Shown here: positions 1 through 7,642 of the stretch, one piece after another | Layout of the letters: every line of letters begins with the position of its first letter | How positions within the stretch are numbered: position 1 is the first letter of the stretch | NCBI GenBank assembly: GCA_964453345.1 | Contig: CAYVOC010000022.1 | Location: 1-23,329, forward strand | From: an uncultured Aquificales bacterium | GTDB lineage: Bacteria; Thermosulfidibacterota; Thermosulfidibacteria; Thermosulfidibacterales; Thermosulfidibacteraceae | Direction of reading: 5' to 3' | DNA length: 23,329 bases | The notes under the pieces: model-generated | Seen by the model: only the letters and a program-made list of their open reading frames with translations | Database searches by the model: none | Told to the model about the DNA's origin: nothing | Translations under genes and position numbers: made by a program

Positions 1-791
1 CCCGCATAGCCCACTACCTGCTGGTAGTCGCCGGTTATATCGCCTGAGGTCATGTATCTGATGAGTTCGGCCTTTGTGGCACCAAGTTCTATTGCGGCGG
101 TTAGCATGGTCACCGTGGGCATGACTCCGCACATGGTGATTCCGTATTCTTCCACAACCTGGTAGAGGCCTTTGGGATCAAGGTTCAGTATGGCGGATAT
201 GGCAAGCTGATCCTTCTGAGCAGCTACCTTTTGCGGTTCGTAGTGGGTGAAGTCGGTGCTTGCAACAAGTAAAGCGTCGCTTCCGGTCTCCTTTACGGCC
301 TCCGCTATGGCAACTCCCAGATCCACACAGGCTTCAAAGTTCCTTGTTCCTATGACTATGGGAACGATTTTTATGTCCCTTCTGTAATACTGGACAATGG
401 GGAGCTGGACCTCTATTGAGTGTTCGGCGAGGTGGGCAGTATAATCGGGTGATGCCCATCTGCATTTGGCTATTATGAGCTGTGCAAGCTCTTCATTTAT
501 GGGAACATCTCCGAGGGGCATTGCCCATACGCCGCTATCCATTATCGATATGGGGGTGCCGACTCCTGTGTGGTTTGGACCCGCTATTATAAGGGTGTCA
601 GGTATGATGACCCTTGCAAAGACCTCTGCTGCAACGTATCCCGAATACATGTATCCGGCATGGGGTGAGACCACAGCCTTGGCCCTTACAGGTTTGAAGC
701 TTTCCTTTGGGGAGATTTCCTGTATCATCTCCAGGAGTCTTAACGGATCCCTCGGGTAGAAGTAGCCTGCTACAGCCGGTTTTCTAACCAT
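1..791 (-). CDS. amrB: AmmeMemoRadiSam system protein B (MEMO1 family); 3' end truncated by window edge
   Basis: Not in the ORF track (no stop inside window). Manual translation from ATG at 791 gives MVRKPAVAGYFYPRDP...VSPHAGYMYSG...GPNHTG...EHSIEVQLP...ASTDFTHYEP...TMCG...RYMTSGDITGDYQQVVGYA, which are hallmark MEMO motifs. 263 full codons in window; overlaps cvpA by 22 nt. Confidence 0.95.
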   Translation of the reverse strand, partial: MVRKPAVAGYFYPRDPLRLLEMIQEISPKESFKPVRAKAVVSPHAGYMYSGYVAAEVFARVIIPDTLIIAGPNHTGVGTPISIMDSGVWAMPLGDVPINEELAQLIIAKCRWASPDYTAHLAEHSIEVQLPIVQYYRRDIKIVPIVIGTRNFEACVDLGVAIAEAVKETGSDALLVASTDFTHYEPQKVAAQKDQLAISAILNLDPKGLYQVVEEYGITMCGVMPTVTMLTAAIELGATKAELIRYMTSGDITGDYQQVVGYA

Positions 792-1300
792 GGCAGTCTC
801 CTGTGTAAGAATTTATTCCGAAAGTCCTTGGGAGACAACCTTATGACAATCTCGCTGCATTTTTTCAGGACCGGGTAGCTTACCCCCTTTCTCAGGTTCC
901 TTTCGGTCTTTGGAAAGAAGCTTGTTACAAGTATGAATATGACGGTTGCTATCAGCAGCCCCTTTGCCATTCCAAAGACAAGACCGAGCAGGTTGTCGGC
1001 GAATTTCAGCCTCAGCATGACAAGCAGGTTTCTTATGAGCTTTTCGAGAACGAAGAAGACGATCAGCACCGCTATGTAGATGATGAAGAATCCCGCTATT
1101 TTCGCATAGGGATGATACTGCTTGGGAAGCACACCCAGAAGGAAGGAGGTGGCGTTTTCGTGCATTCTGAAGGCGAGTATTATGGCCACCACGTGGCTTG
1201 CTATGTTGACAACTTCCCTGATGAACCCTCTGATGAGGCCAAGAACCCCAAAGATTACAACGAGCCCTATGGTTATCCAGTCCATGGGGGTTAGAACCAT
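770..1300 (-). CDS. cvpA: CvpA (colicin V production) family inner-membrane protein
   Basis: D-x-I...GLIRGFIREV N-terminal motif, DNLLGLVFGMAKG motif, about 4 hydrophobic helices, 176 aa. Confidence 0.92.
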   Translation of the reverse strand: MVLTPMDWITIGLVVIFGVLGLIRGFIREVVNIASHVVAIILAFRMHENATSFLLGVLPKQYHPYAKIAGFFIIYIAVLIVFFVLEKLIRNLLVMLRLKFADNLLGLVFGMAKGLLIATVIFILVTSFFPKTERNLRKGVSYPVLKKCSEIVIRLSPKDFRNKFLHRRLPWLENRL

Positions 1301-2094
1301 GGTATCACCCCGAAGAGCTTTTTCTTGCGCTTTTTGCCCGTTTTGAGGGCTTCAAGGGCTTCTTCTGCCTTGTCCACATTTTCCCACATGCCAAAGTCCT
1401 TTACAACCCTTTGATAGCATTCGAGGGCCTTCTTTTTGTCTCCCATGGCCTCATAGGTTCTGCCCAGCCAGTATAGTGCCTCTGCCGCTGTGCTGGGATC
1501 GGTGGCCTTTTCAAAGGCCCATTTGAATCGCATTTTGGCGGATTTGTATTTTTTGATCTTGTAGTAGAACTTTCCAACGTATATGTCGTGCTGGGCGAGT
1601 CTCTCTTCGCATTCGGCTATCTTCTCCCGGGCTCTGGTTACCCATGGGCTTCTTGGATAGAGCCTTATCAGCTTTCTGAAGGCTTCAAGGGCCTTGAAGG
1701 TGTAGGTCTGGTCCTTTGAGGGAGGGAGCATCAGGTTGTAGTAGCACATGCCGAGTTTGAACTGGACATAGTCAGAGTTGGGGCTTAAGGGGTGTAGTTT
1801 CAGGTAATCTTCGTATACGGCTGCGGCCTCCTCGTAGTCTCCGTTTTTGTAGTAGGCTTCGGCAAGACCTAATCTTGCTGATTCGGCCATTCTGTTCTGG
1901 GAGCTTACTTCAAGCACCTTTCTGAACTTTTCCTCGGCCTCTTTGAACTTTTTTCTTGCAAGGGCCCCCTGGGCCTCCTGGTATAGCTCCTCCGGGGACT
2001 TTTCGGTTTCCTTTTCGCCCTTCCCGAAAAGGCCAAAGAGGCTGCACGAACTGAGGGATAGGATCAAAAGGATAAGTGGGAGCCTTTTGATCAT
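1291..2094 (-). CDS. bamD: Outer membrane protein assembly factor BamD (YfiO/ComL), TPR lipoprotein
   Basis: Start reassigned from 2151 to ATG 2094 (ATGA overlap with upstream stop). Signal MIKRLPLILLILSLSS-C with lipobox; TPR repeats; BamD motifs YLKLHPLSPNSDYVQF, KDQT...A...F..LI..YP.S, LAQHDIYVGKFY...Y..A..RF. Confidence 0.9.
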   Translation of the reverse strand: MIKRLPLILLILSLSSCSLFGLFGKGEKETEKSPEELYQEAQGALARKKFKEAEEKFRKVLEVSSQNRMAESARLGLAEAYYKNGDYEEAAAVYEDYLKLHPLSPNSDYVQFKLGMCYYNLMLPPSKDQTYTFKALEAFRKLIRLYPRSPWVTRAREKIAECEERLAQHDIYVGKFYYKIKKYKSAKMRFKWAFEKATDPSTAAEALYWLGRTYEAMGDKKKALECYQRVVKDFGMWENVDKAEEALEALKTGKKRKKKLFGVIPWF

Positions 2095-2360
2095 ATTCTT
2101 ACTCTCTTGTGGAAGGCTTCCATAAAGAACTTTTCGTAGAGGGCCTGCCATTCTCCGGTTCCTTCGATCACCCTTCTCTTCATTCTGGATATTCTGTCCC
2201 GGGCCTCTGCATCCAAGGTTTCTATGAACCGGGATTCCTCTGTCAGTGCGTTTATTACGGCGCTTCTTGCCCTTCTTGAGTCTGTGATTTTAACGCCGGA
2301 TTCTTTAAGCTTAGCAAGGATTTCATCTGCAAGCTGGAAGATTCTTTCCCTGCTCATCAT
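2091..2360 (-). CDS. DUF507 family protein (resembles C-terminal half of fused DUF507 proteins)
   Basis: MSRERI..LA..IL start and ...KRRVIEGT.EW..LY.K...E motif recognised as DUF507. ATGA overlaps with both neighbours. Confidence 0.8.
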   Translation of the reverse strand: MMSRERIFQLADEILAKLKESGVKITDSRRARSAVINALTEESRFIETLDAEARDRISRMKRRVIEGTGEWQALYEKFFMEAFHKRVRI

Positions 2361-2632
2361 AGCTTGAAGCCCCTTTCTTTGGCCAGTTTCTGTTTGACGA
2401 GCTGGAACATTTTTTGGTAGCTTATTCCCTCCCGCTCAATCTCCCTTATGTGCTGTCTTAGGAGTCTGTGGGCCTCTTCCTCTATCTGCCTTTCCTTTTC
2501 AAGATTGGCAGTTATTACTTTGTATACAATTTTCTCGATCCTTTCGGGGTCCGCTTCAACCGCCCCCGATCTGGATAACCTCTCCGCTACACGCCTTGAC
2601 AGATACTGTATCAGTGTGTTGTTAAGCCTCAT
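2357..2632 (-). CDS. DUF507 family protein (resembles N-terminal half of fused DUF507 proteins)
   Basis: MRL...I.YLS start and ...E.E..IEEEA...L.......Y.KMFQLVKQKLAKERGFKL end, typical of DUF507. Confidence 0.82.
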   Translation of the reverse strand: MRLNNTLIQYLSRRVAERLSRSGAVEADPERIEKIVYKVITANLEKERQIEEEAHRLLRQHIREIEREGISYQKMFQLVKQKLAKERGFKL

Positions 2633-2649
2633 GCTATTCCTATATACTA
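2619..2649. promoter_or_regulatory. Candidate divergent promoter core between DUF507a and rdgB
   Basis: Plus strand TTGTTA (2619-2624)-N18-TATACT (2643-2648); an overlapping minus-strand -10-like TAGTAT at 2644-2649. The intergenic gap is 52 bp and AT-rich. Confidence 0.4.
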
Positions 2650-2684
2650 ATCAATGCCTCTTTTAGCAACTGAGGAGGGTGGAT

Positions 2685-3302
2685 ATGCCAAAGCTTGTGG
2701 TGGCTACAAGGAATAAGGGTAAGATCAAGGAGATAAAGGCAATACTTGCTGATCTGCCGGGGCTTGAGATTTTATCCTTGGAGGATTTTCCTAAGGATCT
2801 CATCCCTGAGGTGGAGGAGACCGGGAAGACCTTTGAGGAGAATGCCTTTCTCAAGGCCTTTGCCGTTGCGAAGGCCACAGGATTTCCGGCTCTTGCCGAT
2901 GATTCGGGACTTGAGGTTGATGCCCTTGGGGGCAAGCCCGGGGTGAAGTCGGCCAGATTCGGGGGCGAGGGGATTTCGGATCGGGAGAGGAATGAAAAGC
3001 TGCTCGCCCTGCTTGAGGGGGTTAAGCATCCCAATAGGACTGCGAGGTTCAGGTGCTGTATGGTTCTGGTTGTGCCCCCGGATTTTGAGCGATATGTTAC
3101 AACCGGGGTCTGCGAAGGTGTTATAGCGAATAAACCATCTGGGAGCCACGGTTTTGGATACGACCCCATATTCTATCTTCCCTCTTTGGGCAAGACCATG
3201 GCGGAGCTGACTCCCGAAGAGAAGAACAGAATAAGCCACAGGGCAAGGGCCTTGGAGAAGATGAAGGAGATTATAAGGAGAGTTCTTCTTGAGCAGGTCT
3301 AA
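2685..3302 (+). CDS. rdgB: dITP/XTP pyrophosphatase (RdgB/HAM1 family)
   Basis: ATRNKGKIKE, EETGKTFEENAFLKA, ALADDSGLEVDAL.G.PGV.SAR, GFGYDPIF, KNRISHR motifs. GGAGG at 2674-2678 favours ATG 2685. Confidence 0.97.
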   Translation: MPKLVVATRNKGKIKEIKAILADLPGLEILSLEDFPKDLIPEVEETGKTFEENAFLKAFAVAKATGFPALADDSGLEVDALGGKPGVKSARFGGEGISDRERNEKLLALLEGVKHPNRTARFRCCMVLVVPPDFERYVTTGVCEGVIANKPSGSHGFGYDPIFYLPSLGKTMAELTPEEKNRISHRARALEKMKEIIRRVLLEQV

Positions 3303-3852
3303 GATTTTTACCATTCCCAATCAGCTGACCCTTCTGCGGATGTTGCTTACCCCGCTTTTTATAACGCTTCTTCTGTATCGTGTGTGGTTCCCCGCCCTTG
3401 TGGTGTTTGTGATTGCTGCTGTTACGGATGCGGCTGATGGGTATTTCGCCAGAAGGTTGAATCAGAAGAGCACCCTCGGAAGGGTGCTGGATCCCGTGGC
3501 GGATAAGCTTTTGATGGTGTCAACCTACGTTGTTCTTGCGGGTCAGGGGGAGATCCCCGTCTGGCTTGCGGTTGTTGTGGCGAGCAGGGATGTGCTGATA
3601 GTGGGGGGAGTGGTTGTCATAAAGCTTTTTTCAACCTCCAGCCTCAAGATAGAGCCGAGCGTGTGGGGGAAGGCCACCACCTTTTTCCAGATATTGACTG
3701 TTGTGGCTGTTCTCGGGGTCAAGGTTGCCGGTGCGAGGGGAAGGAGGTTGCTTTACCCGCTGTATGTTTTAACTTCAGCTCTCACCTGTGTTTCCGGGTA
3801 TCTGTATGTGAAGCGCGGATGGGAAAGTCTCAATGGGAATACGTATAATTGA
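3289..3852 (+). CDS. pgsA: CDP-alcohol phosphatidyltransferase (PgsA-like)
   Basis: TIPNQLTLLR start and signature D-x-x-DG-x-x-AR...G...D...DK (TDAADGYFARR...LGRVLDPVADK). TTG start preceded by AAGGAG. Exact substrate (PGP versus cardiolipin synthesis) cannot be resolved. Confidence 0.88.
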   Translation: MSRSKIFTIPNQLTLLRMLLTPLFITLLLYRVWFPALVVFVIAAVTDAADGYFARRLNQKSTLGRVLDPVADKLLMVSTYVVLAGQGEIPVWLAVVVASRDVLIVGGVVVIKLFSTSSLKIEPSVWGKATTFFQILTVVAVLGVKVAGARGRRLLYPLYVLTSALTCVSGYLYVKRGWESLNGNTYN

Positions 3853-5086
3853 GGTTTATCCAGGGGGGCTTGCCTGGGAGATCGGTCTTTCCCCCGGTGA
3901 TGAGATAGTTGCCATAAACGATGAGCCTGTTGAGGACTACATAGATTTCGTCCATGTGTGCGGAGGAGTTCTTGAAACCCTTGAGGTATTAAGGGGTGAA
4001 GAGCGGTTGATCTTTGAGCTGGGGGTGGATGAGCCCCTCGGAATAGAGGTTGAGGAGATCAGGCCGAGGGCCTGCAGGTGCCGGTGCAGGTTTTGCTTTA
4101 TGGATCAAATGCCCAAGGGACTTAGAAGAAGCCTCTATTTTAAGGATGACGACTACAGGCTCTCCTATCTTTACGGAAACTACATAACCCTTACCGGACT
4201 CACTGAGAGGGACTGGGAAAGGATAGAGAGGTATCGGCTTTCCCCCCTGTATGTTTCGGTTCACGCCACGGATCCGCAGATCAGGGCCTTTTTGATGGGG
4301 TGCAGGGAGGCGGCGCATGTGATGGAGGGCCTGCGCAGGCTTGTGGATATGGGGATTGAGGTGCACACCCAGATAGTGGTCTGTCCCGGGATAAACGACG
4401 GGGAGGTTCTTGAAAGGAGCATCAGGGATCTTGCGGGGCTGTATCCCGGAGTCAGATCCGTTGCTGTGGTGCCTGTGGGGCTTACGAGATACAGGCAGGG
4501 GCTTTTCCCGCTCTATCCCGTGGGCAGGCAGGAGGCTTTGAAGATTCTGGAGACTGTGCTCGCTCTGGGATCGAAGTTTCTTAAAAGACTGGGCACAAGG
4601 TTCGTTTACCCAGCGGATGAGCTTTTCATAAAGGCGAGGGTTCCGTTTCCAGGACCGGACTTTTACGAGGATCTTTTTCAGATTGAGGATGGGGTGGGGA
4701 TGGTTCCGCTTTTCCTCGCTTCCGTTGAGAGGGTTTCGAGGGATCTTAAGGGGGTTCTTTTTATCACCGGCGTTGATTTCGCCCCCTTCCTTGAGAGGTC
4801 CCTGCACAGAGCGGGGGTTTGGGGCTTTGAGGTTGTTGGGGTGAAGAACAGGTTCTTTGGAGAGCTGGTGACGGTGGCAGGTCTGCTTACCGGTGGGGAT
4901 ATGGTAAAGGCCGTTGAAGGTAGAGAGTGCCGTCTTGTGGTTGTTCCGGAGATTGTCTTCAACGAGGATGGGTTGACCCTGGACGACATAGACAGGGAAG
5001 AGCTTGAAAAGATGATGGGCAAACACGTTGTTCCGGCACCCGTTGAACCAGGGGAGTTCTGGAGGTTTTTGAGAAGTGAAATGTAG
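3833..5086 (+). CDS. DUF512-domain putative radical SAM Fe-S protein with N-terminal PDZ-like segment
   Basis: CxxxCxxC (CRCRCRFC) followed by DQMPKGLR.SLY.KDDDYRLS.L.GNYITLT, LSPLYVSVHATD, QIVVCPGINDG, VVPVGLTRYR, QIEDGVGM, N.FFG..VTVAGLLTG.D. Confidence 0.9.
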   Translation: MGIRIIEVYPGGLAWEIGLSPGDEIVAINDEPVEDYIDFVHVCGGVLETLEVLRGEERLIFELGVDEPLGIEVEEIRPRACRCRCRFCFMDQMPKGLRRSLYFKDDDYRLSYLYGNYITLTGLTERDWERIERYRLSPLYVSVHATDPQIRAFLMGCREAAHVMEGLRRLVDMGIEVHTQIVVCPGINDGEVLERSIRDLAGLYPGVRSVAVVPVGLTRYRQGLFPLYPVGRQEALKILETVLALGSKFLKRLGTRFVYPADELFIKARVPFPGPDFYEDLFQIEDGVGMVPLFLASVERVSRDLKGVLFITGVDFAPFLERSLHRAGVWGFEVVGVKNRFFGELVTVAGLLTGGDMVKAVEGRECRLVVVPEIVFNEDGLTLDDIDREELEKMMGKHVVPAPVEPGEFWRFLRSEM

Positions 5087-5087
5087 G

Positions 5088-7097
5088 TTATTCTGTGCTT
5101 AGCATGGTTTCAAGCTGTCTTTTCAGCGCCTTTATTTTGTCCCTTAGTTCCGCTGCCCTTTCAAAGGCGAGTTCCTTGGCGGCCTGCCTCATCTCCTTTT
5201 CAAGCTGCTTTATCTTCTCCTCTATCTCCCAGGGATTGGTTTCCGCAACTTCCAGCTCCTCCTCAATGGGGACGGTGTAGTAGTCCCTCTCATACACCGA
5301 TGTAAGGATCTCTTTTATCTCCTTCTGGATGGTTTTCGGGGTGATACCGTGCCTTTTGTTGTATTCCTCCTGCAGCCTTCTTCTGCGCTTCATCTCCCTT
5401 ATGGCCCGTTCCATGGAGGGGGTTACGGTGTCGGCATACATTATGACGGTTCCGTTGACGTTTCTGGCCGCCCTTCCGGCGGTCTGTATGAGGGATCTTT
5501 CCGAGCGCAAAAATCCCTCTTTGTCGGCATCGAGTATAGCAACGAGGGAGACCTCTGGTATGTCAAGTCCCTCCCTCAGAAGATTGACCCCAACTATCAC
5601 GTCGTAAACGCCCCTTCTCAGATCCCTTATTATGCGCGTTCTCTCTATGGTTTCTATCTCGGAGTGGAGATAGGCCACCTTTATTCCCATGTCCGCAAGG
5701 TAATCCGTCAGCTCCTCGGCCATCCTCTTGGTGAGGGTGGTGACAAGGACCCTCTCGTTTCTCTCAACCCTCTTTCTTATCTCAAGATACAGATCCTCCA
5801 CCTGGTTCCGGGCGGGTTTTACGATCACCTCCGGATCCATGAGTCCCGTAGGTCTGATTATCTGCTCAACCACATAGGGGCCTGATTTTTCCAGCTCGTA
5901 TTCTCCGGGGGTGGCCGATACGAAGATCACCTGGTTGACCATGGATTCAAACTCCTCAAAGGTGAGGGGGCGGTTGTCTAACGCCGATGGCAGCCTGAAT
6001 CCATACTCTATGAGGTTCATCTTGCGGGATCTGTCGCCGTGATACATTCCCCTGAGCTGGGGAATCGTCACGTGGGATTCGTCTATTATTATCAGTGCAT
6101 CCTTGGGCAGATAGTCTATCAGGGTGGGAGGGGGTTCCCCCGGTGCCCTTCCCGTGAAGTGTCTGGAGTAGTTCTCTATGCCCTTGCAGTAGCCCAGCTC
6201 CTGTATCATCTCCAGATCAAACATGGTCCTCTGCCAGAGCCTCTGGGCCTCGAGGTGTTTGCCCATTTTCTTGAGCTCCTTAACCCTCTCCTCCAGCTCG
6301 GCCTTTATGGAGGCTATGGCCCTCTTCATGCGCTCATCGGTGGATATGTAGTGGCTTGCTGGGTAAACGGTGAACCTCTCAACCTCCTCGATCACAGCCC
6401 CTGTCAGGGGATCTATGAGGCTCAGGGATTCTATCTCGTCTCCCCACAGCTCTATCCTCAGGGCCGTGTCCTCAAGGTGGCTGGGATACACCTCCACAAC
6501 GTCTCCTCTGACTCTAAAGGTGCCCCTGGTGAAGTCGTAGTCGTTCCTCTTGTAGAGTATTCTTACAAGTCTTCTTATGATTTCTTCTCTGGTTATAGTG
6601 TCCCCCACATCAAGGGTGAGCACCATTCCATAGTAGGCCTCTGGGGATCCGAGACCGTATATGCAGGAGACTGTGGCCACTATTATCACATCTCTTCTTT
6701 CAAGCAGAGCGCTGGTTGCGGCATGACGCATCCTGTCTATCTCTTCGTTTATTGAGCAGTCCTTCTCTATGTATAGGTCCCGCTGGGGAATGTAGGCTTC
6801 GGGCTGGTAGTAGTCGTAGTAGGAGACGAAATACTCAACCGCATTTTCCGGGAAGAACTCCCTGAACTCCGAGTAGAGCTGGGCGGCAAGGGTTTTGTTG
6901 TGGGATATGACGAGGGTGGGTCTGTTGAGCTGCGCTATCACGTTCGCCATGGTGAAGGTTTTGCCGGATCCCGTTACCCCAACGAGGGTCATGTATTTTA
7001 CGCCGCTTTTTGCCCACTCCACCAGCTTCTCTATGGCCTTGGGCTGGTCCCCTGCGGGCGTGTAACTTGATACGAGCTTGAATCCACCCATGGCCAT
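5088..7097 (-). CDS. uvrB: Excinuclease ABC subunit B
   Basis: [74 protein letters not shown]-terminal UVR domain. True start is ATG 7097 or 7091, not 7451. Confidence 0.98.
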   Translation of the reverse strand: MAMGGFKLVSSYTPAGDQPKAIEKLVEWAKSGVKYMTLVGVTGSGKTFTMANVIAQLNRPTLVISHNKTLAAQLYSEFREFFPENAVEYFVSYYDYYQPEAYIPQRDLYIEKDCSINEEIDRMRHAATSALLERRDVIIVATVSCIYGLGSPEAYYGMVLTLDVGDTITREEIIRRLVRILYKRNDYDFTRGTFRVRGDVVEVYPSHLEDTALRIELWGDEIESLSLIDPLTGAVIEEVERFTVYPASHYISTDERMKRAIASIKAELEERVKELKKMGKHLEAQRLWQRTMFDLEMIQELGYCKGIENYSRHFTGRAPGEPPPTLIDYLPKDALIIIDESHVTIPQLRGMYHGDRSRKMNLIEYGFRLPSALDNRPLTFEEFESMVNQVIFVSATPGEYELEKSGPYVVEQIIRPTGLMDPEVIVKPARNQVEDLYLEIRKRVERNERVLVTTLTKRMAEELTDYLADMGIKVAYLHSEIETIERTRIIRDLRRGVYDVIVGVNLLREGLDIPEVSLVAILDADKEGFLRSERSLIQTAGRAARNVNGTVIMYADTVTPSMERAIREMKRRRRLQEEYNKRHGITPKTIQKEIKEILTSVYERDYYTVPIEEELEVAETNPWEIEEKIKQLEKEMRQAAKELAFERAAELRDKIKALKRQLETMLSTE

Positions 7098-7101
7098 TTT
7101 A

Positions 7102-7130
7102 ATAATACGAGATTGAAAATTTCGCCACAA
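7102..7130 (-). promoter_or_regulatory. Candidate sigma70-type promoter for uvrB
   Basis: Minus strand TTGTGG (7130-7125)-N17-TATTAT (7107-7102), directly upstream of the uvrB ATGs. Confidence 0.5.
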
Positions 7131-7141
7131 CCGTTTAAGCT
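7113..7141 (+). promoter_or_regulatory. Candidate sigma70-type promoter for the PaaI-family gene
   Basis: TTGAAA (7113-7118)-N17-TAAGCT (7136-7141), 7 nt before ATG 7149. Confidence 0.55.
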
Positions 7142-7148
7142 GTATGCC

Positions 7149-7562
7149 ATGGAAGCGCATGACAGGGTCAAGGCCTATATCGAAAAGCACGATAGGCTCG
7201 TGGAGCTTCTGGGGGTGAAGATAGAGGAGGTGGCCCCCGGATACGCTAAAGTTTCCCTTACGGTTGAAGAGAAGCACATGAACGCCGCCGGTGTCTGTCA
7301 GGGAGGGGTTATATTCACCCTCGCGGATCTTGCCTTCGCCCTTGCAAGCAACAGCCACGGGAAAATGGCCTTGGGCCTTGATGTAAGCATAAGCTATCTG
7401 AGGGCGGTGCCCCTTGGGGAGAGGCTGGTTGCGGAGGCCTTTGAGAGGCATCTCGGCGGCAGAACGGGCTTATACACTCTGATCGTTAAGGACAGTCAGG
7501 GCAGAGAAGTTGCCTTCGCCAAGGCAATGGCCTACAGGTTTGATAAACCCTTCCCGCCCTAA
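7149..7562 (+). CDS. PaaI-family hotdog-fold acyl-CoA thioesterase
   Basis: LLGV.I.EV.PG.A...L.V...H.N..G.CQGG.IFTLAD.AFA.ASNS motif, ISYLRA, GGRTGLY. Start placed at ATG 7149 because the TTG at 7113 coincides with the predicted -35. Confidence 0.9.
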   Translation: MEAHDRVKAYIEKHDRLVELLGVKIEEVAPGYAKVSLTVEEKHMNAAGVCQGGVIFTLADLAFALASNSHGKMALGLDVSISYLRAVPLGERLVAEAFERHLGGRTGLYTLIVKDSQGREVAFAKAMAYRFDKPFPP

Positions 7563-7642
7563 TGAGTTACAGTTGGAAACTTTCTCTTTTTCGTTCGTGG
7601 TGTTGATGATGGGAGGTGATGTTATAGGATGGAGGTAGGGCT

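Noticed and set aside
466..759. 97-aa plus-strand ORF
   Set aside because: Antisense shadow of amrB, which has clear MEMO motifs on the minus strand.
2095..2151. 19-aa N-terminal extension of BamD
   Set aside because: It lies inside DUF507b. The signal peptide begins at ATG 2094 with a classic ATGA overlap.
3989..5026. 345-aa antisense ORF opposite DUF512
   Set aside because: Shadow ORF of a well-supported gene, with no recognisable motifs and a Pro/Leu/His-rich antisense composition.
7098..7451. 118-aa N-terminal extension of UvrB in the ORF track
   Set aside because: It is antisense to the PaaI gene. UvrB homology begins at MGGFKLVS, and a promoter-like element sits directly before ATG 7097/7091.
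7565..7595. Weak inverted repeat AGTTAC-N5-GAAACT followed by a T-rich tract after paaI
   Set aside because: The stem is too weak and interrupted to call a terminator, and there is no support for an operator.
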